Positions 52,038 to 61,655 of a DNA stretch of 64,000 nt are shown here, in pieces. Numbering within the stretch: the first letter of the stretch is position 1; every line of letters starts with the position of its first letter. The position numbers and the translations under genes are program-made. The DNA is taken from assembly GCA_963666425.2 (NCBI GenBank), contig OY762825.2:1600001-1664000 (forward strand), in the 5' to 3' direction. This stretch comes from Bacillota bacterium (GTDB lineage Bacteria > Bacillota > JAAYKD01). A model generated the notes under the pieces. It was not told the DNA's origin, searched no databases, and saw only the letters and a list, made by a program, of their open reading frames with translations.

Positions 52038-52075
52038 ACCGCTGTACTGCCCAATTTCTCGGGCAGTACAGCGGT
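52038..52075 (+). terminator. Terminator hairpin
   Basis: accgctgtactgccc / gggcagtacagcggt. Confidence 0.65.
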
Positions 52076-52187
52076 TCTGATTCTTCTTGCATTCTCTTCC
52101 TGTTCAATGCTATAATAGATAAAGCAAAAAACAACTGAATTCCCCAAATGCCTTCGCAAACCAAAGGGAGTTTCAAGTGAGGAGTGA

Positions 52188-52934
52188 TTGATCGCGATGA
52201 AATTTATCCGCAGTTCCAATCGAGTGCTTTACGTCTCTTTGATCCTGCTGCTGGCCTTTGCACTCGCCCTGACCTGTCTTATCACACCGATCGAGCGCAA
52301 GAGAAATGCCGTCGTCGTCCAGGCTGCCTTGACGGAACAACAAATGACTGCCTACTCTTTGGCTGTCTCTTATTTCCGCAGCACCCAAATTGTCCTGCGA
52401 CTGAATAATCTGTCGTTGGGAGACAAAACCGTCTATAAAGAATTGAGCGGTATGATGGCTAAAGTCACCAAACAGCTCAAATTCGAACGCTTATATCTGC
52501 TTTACCGTTCCGGATCGGACTATTACTATTTAGCCGATCAGGCTTATCGCGATAATGGCACAGCCGGAATCGATTACTTTGATTTCAGCAGTAACTATCT
52601 GACCGGAATCTATGGCCGCGAGTGCAGAACCGCCCTGGAGAAAGCATTGAGCAGCAAGAGTGCCACTTTTGTCAATGAATTATTGGCCAACGGCAATGTC
52701 GTCAATTATCTGCCGATTTTTGATGAAAACGACAATGTCATTGCTTTTCAAGCCGTTGAAACAAAGCTTTCCACTGATACTTTTAATCGGCTCGGTGTGT
52801 TTGATTTGAATATCCTGAGCGGTGTTTTTGCCGTGATCACTTTGAGCTGCGCTGCTTATCTCTATTTTTGCTATAAAAAAGTGAATAAACAGACCCAAAC
52901 TCCACCTACAGCGGAAATAAAAACCTCAATCTGA
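52188..52934 (+). CDS. Two-TM membrane protein with a Cache-like extracytoplasmic domain
   Basis: N- and C-terminal TMs, YLLY and YLPIFDENDNVIA segments. Confidence 0.55.
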   Translation: MIAMKFIRSSNRVLYVSLILLLAFALALTCLITPIERKRNAVVVQAALTEQQMTAYSLAVSYFRSTQIVLRLNNLSLGDKTVYKELSGMMAKVTKQLKFERLYLLYRSGSDYYYLADQAYRDNGTAGIDYFDFSSNYLTGIYGRECRTALEKALSSKSATFVNELLANGNVVNYLPIFDENDNVIAFQAVETKLSTDTFNRLGVFDLNILSGVFAVITLSCAAYLYFCYKKVNKQTQTPPTAEIKTSI

Positions 52935-53053
52935 CCTTCACTTTCCTGATATCTCCCTTTCAGCCGGCAACAAAAAAGCAGGAGCGATAGTACACGAAGT
53001 ACTATGGCTCCTGCTTTTTTAATATTGCATCTCCGCTCGGAATGTTCAGACCA

Positions 53054-53359
53054 CTAAGTGACCCGCTTGAGCAGGATTTTTTTTTGGAAAGATCCGCGCT
53101 GCGCTGCTTTTTTCGACCTTTCTTGCTCCAATTGCGCAATGGTAAAGCCTTTGGCTTCGGTCAGCGCGTAAATCACTTCCAGCAAATCGGCTAGTTCAAT
53201 GATATTTTTGCTTTCCAGATATTCCGCTAACTCTTCCTCTAACTTCTCTTCCAGCAGCTGCAGGTAGGAAGCATCATCGAGGATTTCCCAATCCGCCTGG
53301 CTGCCGCCTGCTTCAATGATCTCGGGAATGCGATCGCGGACTAATTTATGATAGTTCAT
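53054..53359 (-). CDS. MazG/PRA-PH-like NTP pyrophosphohydrolase
   Basis: KLVRDRIPEII, EELAE...ELADLLEV, RGSF. Confidence 0.85.
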   Translation of the reverse strand: MNYHKLVRDRIPEIIEAGGSQADWEILDDASYLQLLEEKLEEELAEYLESKNIIELADLLEVIYALTEAKGFTIAQLEQERSKKAAQRGSFQKKILLKRVT

Positions 53360-53403
53360 TAATGCTCACCTCGCAGGTTGATCTGATCAATAAAGTACCG
53401 CTG

Positions 53404-54081
53404 TTAGTGAGATTTTTGCACGATTTCTGCATTGTAATCATATTTTACCAGGCTATTAGGCGCAATATAGCCACGCAAAGAAAGCATGCTGTAAACCCAG
53501 GTATTTTTACCGATCACAGTACCAGGGGCGGTCACGCTGTTGCAGCCAATGGATACTCCATCGCCCAAAATGGCGCCAAATTTGCGCAAACCGGTAGGAA
53601 TCCGCTTGCCTTCCAGCCAGATATTGACCTGATCGCCACCCAATTTGAAATTAGCCAATTTTGTCCCGGCGCCTAAGTTCACGTCGCGTCCCAGGACACT
53701 GTCGCCCACATAGGCAAAATGCGGCGCGTGTGCTCCGGTTAACAAAATCGATCCCTTTAGTTCGGTGGCATGGCCAACGATGCAATTGTCTCCGATGATA
53801 TTGTTTTCTCTAATGTAGGCACCCTGACGGACCACGGTATTTTTACCGATATAAACCGGTCCTTTGATATACACATGCGGTTCAATAATACTGCCTTCGC
53901 CAATCGCAACCGCTCCTTCCAGAACGGCAGTTGGGTGTACGCTGCCCAAAATCGGACCTTTTGCCAGTTCAGCGGCGGCTGCATTGACTTTCGGCAGGAC
54001 TTGCCAAATCAGTTCACAGTCAGCAAATAAAAACGCCAAGGGTTCCTGACTCAAATCAAAAAAATCTTTTACCTCAAACAT
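53404..54081 (-). CDS. Hexapeptide (LbH) acyltransferase, GlmU C-terminal-like
   Basis: Hexapeptide repeats, HFAYVGDSVLG, NLGAGT, RKFGAILGD; start MFEV. Confidence 0.8.
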   Translation of the reverse strand: MFEVKDFFDLSQEPLAFLFADCELIWQVLPKVNAAAAELAKGPILGSVHPTAVLEGAVAIGEGSIIEPHVYIKGPVYIGKNTVVRQGAYIRENNIIGDNCIVGHATELKGSILLTGAHAPHFAYVGDSVLGRDVNLGAGTKLANFKLGGDQVNIWLEGKRIPTGLRKFGAILGDGVSIGCNSVTAPGTVIGKNTWVYSMLSLRGYIAPNSLVKYDYNAEIVQKSH

Positions 54082-54128
54082 GATACCTCCATCCCTTCCA
54101 TTCCAAATTGAGCGAACGACACAGGGCA

Positions 54129-54144
54129 TGTTTCACGTGAAACA
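54129..54144. promoter_or_regulatory. parS site
   Basis: TGTTTCACGTGAAACA perfect consensus. Confidence 0.92.
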
Positions 54145-54154
54145 TCATCGCCTC

Positions 54155-55453
54155 TTAGTTATCACATTTTTCTTTTTCATTGATCATCATTTTGATGATC
54201 TCTTCGTTGGTTTCTTTCATACCATCTTTTCCCAAACGATAAATATTGCGGATAGTGGCTTCCACATCATCACTGACGATGCCATCTCCAGCATAAAACT
54301 GCTGTCCGTGCTGATACATTTGCCAACCAAGCAGGCCGGCATCCACGGCTGTGGCAATTTTGGCCGCACAGGAAGCTTTGGCGCCATCACAAATCATCCC
54401 GGATTCGATAGCCAGGGCATTCACCAGCGTGTGAACCACCTCTGTCAAGCCACCGCCATGCAAATAAGCGATCCCACAGCCGGCAGCCGCACCGGCGCCG
54501 ACGGCACCGCAATAAGCCGAAAGTTTACCGATCCCGGATTTGATATGAATGGCAATCAAATTGGAAAGCGCTAAGGCCCGATAAAGCGCTTCTTCCGTCG
54601 CCTGCAGATTGCGGGCGTAGAGAATAACCGGCACCGAAACGGTAATCCCCTGATTGCCGCTGCCGGAATTGATAATCACAGGCAGTTCACAGCCGCTCAT
54701 CCTGGCATCGGAGCCGGCTGCTGTCAGCGCTCTGGCTTTTACCCGGATATCGTCGCTATCGTATGAAGATAGAATCACGCGGCCAATATTGGCACCGTAA
54801 TGACCGTGAATCCCTTCTTCTGCGATAGCCATATTATATTTCATCTGACGTGTCAAGACGGGTTTGATCTCTTTCAGTTCAACCGTGGTGATAAAATCCC
54901 AAATGTCAACCATATTCAGCAGAGAGCGATCCGTTGCATGCTCTGCGCCTTGATTGGTGACATCCGCTTGATAAAGCACACAGCCGTTTTTCTCAATATA
55001 AACAATATTGGTATGATCATTAACGATACGGACCTTCGCTGATTCCTGGCCTTTTTGCACCGAGACAAGAATATCAAAATTCAGTCCGGATTGGCTGAGT
55101 TCCACTTCGATTGGGGTCTGATCCAGATAATCCTTCATCTGTGTGATCTGTTCTTCGCTTACTTCGCTGAGAACTTCCAATTCACAGTCTGCTTTTCCGG
55201 CAATAATACCGGCAGCAGCGGCGGCTTCAATCCCCTTCAAGTGATTGGTATTGGGGACGATCACCGATTTCACATTCTTAATGATACTGCCGCTGGCTTC
55301 GACATGAACCTGCTCCGGCAGGACACCCAACGTTTCTCTGGCTTTGGCAGCCGCATAAGCCAAAGCGATCGGTTCGGTACAGCCCATCGCCGGGACTAAT
55401 TCTTCTTTCAAAATTTGAATATATGCATGATCGCGCTGATTTACTTTATCCAT
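54155..55453 (-). CDS. Serine dehydratase alpha-like (YhaM/CyuA, UPF0597) cysteine desulfidase family protein
   Basis: GCTEP, SGSGNQG, LSAYCG, CDGAKASCA. Confidence 0.85.
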   Translation of the reverse strand: MDKVNQRDHAYIQILKEELVPAMGCTEPIALAYAAAKARETLGVLPEQVHVEASGSIIKNVKSVIVPNTNHLKGIEAAAAAGIIAGKADCELEVLSEVSEEQITQMKDYLDQTPIEVELSQSGLNFDILVSVQKGQESAKVRIVNDHTNIVYIEKNGCVLYQADVTNQGAEHATDRSLLNMVDIWDFITTVELKEIKPVLTRQMKYNMAIAEEGIHGHYGANIGRVILSSYDSDDIRVKARALTAAGSDARMSGCELPVIINSGSGNQGITVSVPVILYARNLQATEEALYRALALSNLIAIHIKSGIGKLSAYCGAVGAGAAAGCGIAYLHGGGLTEVVHTLVNALAIESGMICDGAKASCAAKIATAVDAGLLGWQMYQHGQQFYAGDGIVSDDVEATIRNIYRLGKDGMKETNEEIIKMMINEKEKCDN

Positions 55454-55594
55454 GTTGTCTACTTCCTTACTTCAATTTTAACATTTGGCACCGTACTGAG
55501 CCTGCGTTCTGAAGCCGAATTATAACATAGAAGGTTTGAAATGACAACCTAGTTGGCTTTCGTTTTGGGTAGGTTTTTGTCAAACAGGTACTGA

Positions 55595-55610
55595 TGTTTC
55601 ACGTGAAACA
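55595..55610. promoter_or_regulatory. parS site
   Basis: TGTTTCACGTGAAACA. Confidence 0.92.
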
Positions 55611-55629
55611 TCACCGATACCTGAATGGT

Positions 55630-56784
55630 TTACTTTTTCTTCACTTCGTAACACAATGTTTCCACCGCTTCTACTAATTCTTCGAGATCTTGACCGGTAT
55701 TAAAACAACCCACACTGACCCGCACGGTCCCGTGCGGCAGAGTGCCACCGGTTTCATGTGCCCAATAAGCGGATTGCAAACCGGTTCTGACACAAATATC
55801 CCAACGATTGTTCAGCGCCACCCCAACTTGGGTGGAAATCATGCCCAGAATATTGAAGGAGAGGATCGCTACTTTTTCTGTTCCCGGTGCCGGTCCATAG
55901 AGGACAACCCCATCGATCTCACTGAGAGCGTGATAAATTGTTTCGATTTTCCGGAGATCACTTTGATACATCTTTTTCAGACCTTGTTCCCGAATAAAAT
56001 CAATACCTTCCCCCAAACCGGCAATTCCCGGCATATTTGGTGTGCCGGCTTCAAAACAATCCGGTAAATTCTTTGGCATCGGCAGTTGTTCGGCATAATC
56101 CCCGGTCTCACCGTAACGCCAAATATTCAAATTGGTATCCTGATTGCGGATCAGTAATAAACCAACTCCCTGCGGGCCGTATAAACCTTTATGCCCGGAG
56201 CAAGCCAAATAGTCGATCCCCATCTCTTCCATATCAATCGGGATCGAACCGACGGTCTGAGCCGCATCCACCAATAATGTCAAGCCATAAGCGTGCGCCA
56301 GACGCGCCAAACCATCCAAATCGGATAAAGTACCGAATACATTGGAGGCATGATTCCAAACAATCATCCTGGTATTGGGACGAATTGCTTCCTCCACGCG
56401 GGCTAAGCGAAAGCCGCAGTCCGGGCTAGTGTAAATTTTCGTTGTCGAGATTCCTTTGCTTTCCAAGGCATAAAGCGTTCTGGCGACGGCATTGTGTTCC
56501 AACGAACTGGTGATAACATGATCTCCAGGTTTTAGCAAACCTTGCAGGACCGCATTGATGGCTTCGGTCGCGTTAGCGGTAAAAACGACGCCTCGCGGAC
56601 TGCCTAAGCCAAAGAAATCGGCTACTTTTTCCCTGGTGCGCTGCACCATGTTCGCCGCATCCATGGATAACCCGTAATTGCCACGGCCGGGATTGGCTCC
56701 GATATTGGTTAAAAGATAATTGACAGCTTCCACAACGCGGATGGGTTTCGGCCAACTGGTCGCCGCTTGATCCAAATATATCAT
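55630..56784 (-). CDS. Class V PLP enzyme, cysteine desulfurase family (catalytic Cys absent)
   Basis: IYLDQAATS, EHNAV, DAAQ, SGHKGL; RTGLQSA at the Cys-loop position. Confidence 0.85.
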   Translation of the reverse strand: MIYLDQAATSWPKPIRVVEAVNYLLTNIGANPGRGNYGLSMDAANMVQRTREKVADFFGLGSPRGVVFTANATEAINAVLQGLLKPGDHVITSSLEHNAVARTLYALESKGISTTKIYTSPDCGFRLARVEEAIRPNTRMIVWNHASNVFGTLSDLDGLARLAHAYGLTLLVDAAQTVGSIPIDMEEMGIDYLACSGHKGLYGPQGVGLLLIRNQDTNLNIWRYGETGDYAEQLPMPKNLPDCFEAGTPNMPGIAGLGEGIDFIREQGLKKMYQSDLRKIETIYHALSEIDGVVLYGPAPGTEKVAILSFNILGMISTQVGVALNNRWDICVRTGLQSAYWAHETGGTLPHGTVRVSVGCFNTGQDLEELVEAVETLCYEVKKK

Positions 56785-56813
56785 ATTCTACGCCTCCAAA
56801 ATGATAATTGTTG

Positions 56814-57692
56814 CTATTCTTTCGTTGGCTGACTGTTGATTAACCGATCCAGTAATCGCTGTAATTCGTCTTCGTCAAAAAAAGTAATTTCAATTTTACC
56901 GCCTTTGCCTTTGGATTTGATGCGGGCTTTGGTTTGCAGAATTGTTTTTAATTGCGACTCCCAATGCGATAGTAAAGCCATTCGTTTTGTCAGTGTCTCT
57001 GCTTTGGCTTTGACTTGCGCTTTATCCGGCTGCAAGGTTGCCTGCACCAGATCTTCCAGCTGGCGAACGCTCATATTTTTCGATTTGATCAGTTCTACAT
57101 AAAGCAGCTGCAGGGCAGGCTTCAAGGGCAAAAGGGCTCTGGCATGTCCCATCGAAATGGAACCGTTGATCAGTTCTGCTTGGATTTCTCTGGGCAGCTG
57201 CAGTAAACGTAAAATATTGGTCAGATGCGGACGGCTTTTGCCTACCTTATCGGCCAATTCTTCTTGTGAATAACCGAATTCCAGGATCAAGCGCTGGTAA
57301 GCAGTCGCTTCTTCTATGGCATTCAGGTCCTGACGCTGAATATTTTCAATCAAAGCCATTTCTGCCGCTTGTTTATCACTTAACAGTCGGACAACCGCTG
57401 GTACGGTTTTCATTCCCACCATCGCGGCAGCCCGCCAGCGGCGTTCACCGGCCACCAATTCATAGCCATCTGCAACAAGACGCAGGATCAGAGGCTCCAG
57501 CACACCATGTTCCCGGATCGAATTGGCCAATTCCTGTAAGCCTTCTGCCTGAAAGCCGCTGCGAGGCTGATAAGGGTTGGCTTTGATCTCGCTGATTGCG
57601 ATTTGCTGGATTTGTTCACCGCTTTGGAACTCCGGTTCTGTGGGAATCAAAGAGCTTAACCCTCTGCCCAAACCTGTTTTTTTAATGCTCAT
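56814..57692 (-). CDS. parB: ParB/Spo0J
   Basis: GLGRGL, NPYQPR, AGERRWRA, ENIQR, HTH GKSR. Confidence 0.95.
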   Translation of the reverse strand: MSIKKTGLGRGLSSLIPTEPEFQSGEQIQQIAISEIKANPYQPRSGFQAEGLQELANSIREHGVLEPLILRLVADGYELVAGERRWRAAAMVGMKTVPAVVRLLSDKQAAEMALIENIQRQDLNAIEEATAYQRLILEFGYSQEELADKVGKSRPHLTNILRLLQLPREIQAELINGSISMGHARALLPLKPALQLLYVELIKSKNMSVRQLEDLVQATLQPDKAQVKAKAETLTKRMALLSHWESQLKTILQTKARIKSKGKGGKIEITFFDEDELQRLLDRLINSQPTKE

Positions 57693-58446
57693 GCTTGATT
57701 ACCTCCAACGCCAGAGCGGCGTAGCTCTCGGCACCTTTGCTGCGGGGATCATATAGGGCAATCGGCAAACCGTGACTGGGAGCCTCGCTGAGCCGAACAT
57801 TACGTGGAATCACCGTTTCATAAACACGGCTGCCAAAATGAGCGCGCACATCTTCCACAACCTGCTGGGCTAAATTGATGCGATTATCATACATAGTCAT
57901 CAGGACGCCTTCGATTTCCAAGCTTTTATTCAGATGTTTCTGCACCAAATGAATCGTATTCGTCAATTGGCTGACTCCTTCCAAAGCAAAAAACTCACAT
58001 TGGATGGGAATCAAAACCGAATCTGCCGCTGTCAGGGCATTAATCGTCAGCAAGCCAAGCGAAGGTGGACAATCAATAAAGATATAATCATAGTATTGCC
58101 GCAAAGAAGCCAATGCTTCTTTCAGACGGTATTCCCGGCTCATCAGGGATACCATTTCAATTTCGGCTGCAGCCAATTCCACCCCGGCGGGGATGATACT
58201 CAAATTCTCCTGAGGGGTTGCCAAAATCATCTGGTGCGCAGCAATGTTCTCCAACAGCAAATCGTAGGTATTATATTTCAGCTTGCTTTTGTCAATCCCT
58301 AACCCGCTGGAGCTGTTGCCCTGCGGATCCAAATCGACCAGTAAGGTTCGGCGGCTCAACTGCGCCAAGGCTGCGGTCAAATTAACAGCGGTTGTGGTTT
58401 TTCCCACACCGCCTTTTTGGTTCACGATTGCGATTATTTTACTCAA
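57682..58446 (-). CDS. parA: ParA/Soj ATPase
   Basis: NQKGGVGKTT, DLDPQGN, DCPPSLG, PRNVRLSEAPS. Confidence 0.96.
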   Translation of the reverse strand: MSKIIAIVNQKGGVGKTTTAVNLTAALAQLSRRTLLVDLDPQGNSSSGLGIDKSKLKYNTYDLLLENIAAHQMILATPQENLSIIPAGVELAAAEIEMVSLMSREYRLKEALASLRQYYDYIFIDCPPSLGLLTINALTAADSVLIPIQCEFFALEGVSQLTNTIHLVQKHLNKSLEIEGVLMTMYDNRINLAQQVVEDVRAHFGSRVYETVIPRNVRLSEAPSHGLPIALYDPRSKGAESYAALALEVIKHEH

Positions 58447-58709
58447 AATTCATACACCGACCTTTATGTCTAGCCTATCCTGTTTATTCGTGAAGTATTT
58501 TTAACAATCCTGCCGAAATAATTTGTCTAAACTATGAAATGCGAATTCATTCCGGTTATTCAAAAGAAAAGCAAATGAAATTCTGTTTTATGCGGCAGAC
58601 TGCGGTCAGTCTGCCCAGAGGACCGTAACATTTGAGCCAAGGAAACCGACCGGACTGCCGCCCTTGGGACAAGGCAATCAATTTCGACTGAAATCACAGT
58701 CATCCCCGA

Positions 58710-58725
58710 TGTTTCACGTGAAACA
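58710..58725. promoter_or_regulatory. parS site within a 32-bp perfect palindrome (58702-58733)
   Basis: atccccgaTGTTTCACGTGAAACAtcggggat. Confidence 0.92.
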
Positions 58726-58918
58726 TCGGGGATTTTGGCGGCTCATCAGTATGCAGAAAGCAGAGAGGTAAAATCAACCATTTCGCTGAAGCGCAGCAGG
58801 CATTATTTTCCGCTTTGCCAGAATTCAGCTTGCTTTCTAATCTTTCGCGTGCTAAAATATCGGTGAACAGCATATCAGAGAATCTGATATGCCATAATAT
58901 GACAGGAGGATTGTTCAG

Positions 58919-60262
58919 ATGAAAAACGCCAAACCGATCAGCAGTAGTATGGTTGAAAAATTCGATGCCGATTACAGCCACAGCAAGCATTACAAGGCAA
59001 TGACGCATGCCTTAGCCAAAAATGCAGTCAACACCGTAGCCTATGTCCAAAGCAGCACCGAATACACTGATGCCAAATTCTCCATTGACCTTCCCACCAT
59101 GACGGTAACCAACCAAAAATCCAGCGGTCGCTGCTGGTTATTTGCCGGTTTAAATGTATTGCGTGAAATAATCGGGAAAAAATATAATCTGGAGAATTTC
59201 GAATTCAGTCAGAATTTTATGGCCTTTTGGGATAAATTCGAGAAAATTAATTACTTTCTGGAAGCCACTCTCGACTTAGCCGATCGTCCTGTGGATGACC
59301 GCACCGTTGATTATCTGCTTCGCACCGGTATTCAGGATGGCGGCCAATGGGATATGATGGTCAGCCTGATCAAGAAATACGGTTTAGTACCCCAGGCCGC
59401 GATGAATGAAACCTTCCAAAGCAGCAACACGCGGGCAATGAATGGTCTGATCAATCAAAAATTGCGGCTTGATGCCGCTGCTTTGCGTGAAATGGTTGCC
59501 AAAAAGCAAGACAGGACGGCAATTGAAGCAGAGAAGAGCCGCATGCTGGATGAAATGTATCGTTTCCTTTGCATGAATTTTGGTCAGCCGCCAAAAACTT
59601 TCCAATTTGAATTTGTTGACAAAGATAAAAAATACCATTGTGAGAATAAGATCACTCCTCTCCGGTTTTATCAGGAGTATGTTGGTGATATTCTGGATGA
59701 ATATGTCTCGATCATCAACGCTCCCACCGCCGATAAGCCCTTCAATCAGACTTATACCGTAGATTATCTGGGCAATGTGGTAGGCGGCAACGAGATTCTC
59801 TACTTGAATCTGGAAATCGACACATTCAAACAGCTCGTCATCGCACAATTAAAGGATCAGGAAGTCGTTTGGTTTGGCAGCGACTGCGGCAAAGACGGCG
59901 AACGGGAAATCGGTGTTTGGGATGACACCGCTTACGATTATGAAACCGCTTTTGATCTGAAGTTTGGCATGAGCAAAGAAGTGGCTCTTGATTACCGTCA
60001 CAGCGCTATGAATCATGCCATGGTCATTACCGGTGTCAATCTGACCGATCGCGGCTGCGCTACGAAGTGGAAAATTCAGAACAGCTGGGGCGATACCGCC
60101 GGCCGCAAGGGTTATTTCCTGATGACAGATACCTGGTTTGATAAGTGGGTCTATCAGGCGGTCGTCAACCGGAAATATCTCTCTGCCGAGCAGCAAGAAA
60201 TTCTTAAAAAAACAGCCAAGCATCTCAATCCCTGGGATCCCATGGGTTCTCTGGCAGAATAA
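58919..60262 (+). CDS. pepC: Aminopeptidase C (bleomycin hydrolase family)
   Basis: NQKSSGRCWLFA, NHAM, QNSWG, WDPMGSLA. Confidence 0.95.
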   Translation: MKNAKPISSSMVEKFDADYSHSKHYKAMTHALAKNAVNTVAYVQSSTEYTDAKFSIDLPTMTVTNQKSSGRCWLFAGLNVLREIIGKKYNLENFEFSQNFMAFWDKFEKINYFLEATLDLADRPVDDRTVDYLLRTGIQDGGQWDMMVSLIKKYGLVPQAAMNETFQSSNTRAMNGLINQKLRLDAAALREMVAKKQDRTAIEAEKSRMLDEMYRFLCMNFGQPPKTFQFEFVDKDKKYHCENKITPLRFYQEYVGDILDEYVSIINAPTADKPFNQTYTVDYLGNVVGGNEILYLNLEIDTFKQLVIAQLKDQEVVWFGSDCGKDGEREIGVWDDTAYDYETAFDLKFGMSKEVALDYRHSAMNHAMVITGVNLTDRGCATKWKIQNSWGDTAGRKGYFLMTDTWFDKWVYQAVVNRKYLSAEQQEILKKTAKHLNPWDPMGSLAE

Positions 60263-60399
60263 TCCTCCGGCAATAAACAGGAATTACTCAAAAAATCGGT
60301 ACGGGACAAAAATGTTCCGTACCGATTTTCTGTTTTCACAGGCAAGAATGCCGCAGCGTTGTCCAAAAAGCAGCCGGACTGTGCGCAGCACTTCACTGT

Positions 60400-61404
60400 T
60401 TAGATTCTTTTCTGCAGCTGCAGCCAGGCAATGGTATCCTGCAGCGATTCCCGCATTTCACGGGCGGTGTAGCCGAAGGCGTCACTCGCCTTGGCATGGC
60501 TGAAAACAGCGTTGGAATTCAGCGTATAAAGCGAATAAGCCGTAAAGAGAGGTGTTTGCTGCCGCATTTTGGCATAAGCTTCGGTCAAAGCGGCGATGGG
60601 CCGGATCAGTCCGATCGGCAGACAGACTTTGATTTCTCTGATCCCGGTCAGCTGATGCAGCATGTCTAAAATTTCCCGCACCGTATAATAGCGGTTCGTG
60701 AGAAGATAACATTCGCCCGGTTTGCCTTGCTGACAGCAAGCTACGATGCCATTGGCCACATCGCGCACATCAACAAAATCATAGCCTCCGATCACACCGA
60801 CCGGCAGATGACCGCTGAAATAATCAATCACCAGGGTAGTCAGATGCCCTTTGCCGGGATCATACGGTCCACAGATACCGGAGGGATGCACAATATTGAG
60901 ATTGAGACCTTTGCCCGCTGCCTGCAGCACATAAGCGCTGGCTTCCGCTTTGGTTTTGGCGTAGAGTCCGGTGACTGCCTGCGGACTGAAATGATCGGTT
61001 TCGGTAATCACTTCTCCTTTTATCTTTTCCGGAATGGCATGCACCGAGCTGACATAGATATATTTCTTTACCTGATGGCTCAAACAAAGATCCGTGATGA
61101 TTTTGGTGCCGGTGACATTGACGTCGTAAACGATTTGCTGATATTGAGAAGCAATCGAAACGATACCGGCGCAATGGATGACAATCAGCTGCTCTTCGCG
61201 CGGATTGGCAAAAAACTCAGCCAGGCTTTCGCGTTGACGCACATCGCCGTAGCAGACTTCCATTTTCCCCTCAGGCAGATGTTTTTCTCCCGGCAGCACC
61301 AAAATACGCACTTGCCTGCCTAATTTCAGTAAAGCAGCAACCACCGTACTGCCCAAATGGCCGGCCGCACCGGTGACCAAATACAATTCGCTCATCGTTC
61401 TCAT
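60400..61404 (-). CDS. NAD-dependent epimerase/dehydratase (dihydroflavonol reductase-like)
   Basis: TGAAGHLG, YAKTK, DFVDVRDVA. Confidence 0.88.
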   Translation of the reverse strand: MRTMSELYLVTGAAGHLGSTVVAALLKLGRQVRILVLPGEKHLPEGKMEVCYGDVRQRESLAEFFANPREEQLIVIHCAGIVSIASQYQQIVYDVNVTGTKIITDLCLSHQVKKYIYVSSVHAIPEKIKGEVITETDHFSPQAVTGLYAKTKAEASAYVLQAAGKGLNLNIVHPSGICGPYDPGKGHLTTLVIDYFSGHLPVGVIGGYDFVDVRDVANGIVACCQQGKPGECYLLTNRYYTVREILDMLHQLTGIREIKVCLPIGLIRPIAALTEAYAKMRQQTPLFTAYSLYTLNSNAVFSHAKASDAFGYTAREMRESLQDTIAWLQLQKRI

Positions 61405-61655
61405 CCTTTCCGGCTTACTTATAAAGCTGTCTGAGGCATCCTCAGCCGGCGTATCTCTGCGATGTCGTTCTGCCGATTGCCATCCAGTGCCGCTTTATTT
61501 GCCAATTATGAGGAATATTCTGTCTTTCAGAGCGAAATCCTTTGCTTAGGTAATAATTCCCTCAAGCGAAGAGATCTGATCTTCGTCTGCCCGTAGATTG
61601 ACTCTCTTCGGCGATCGTGCTAGAATGAAAGCAAATTTGACTGGGAGGTACTGCT

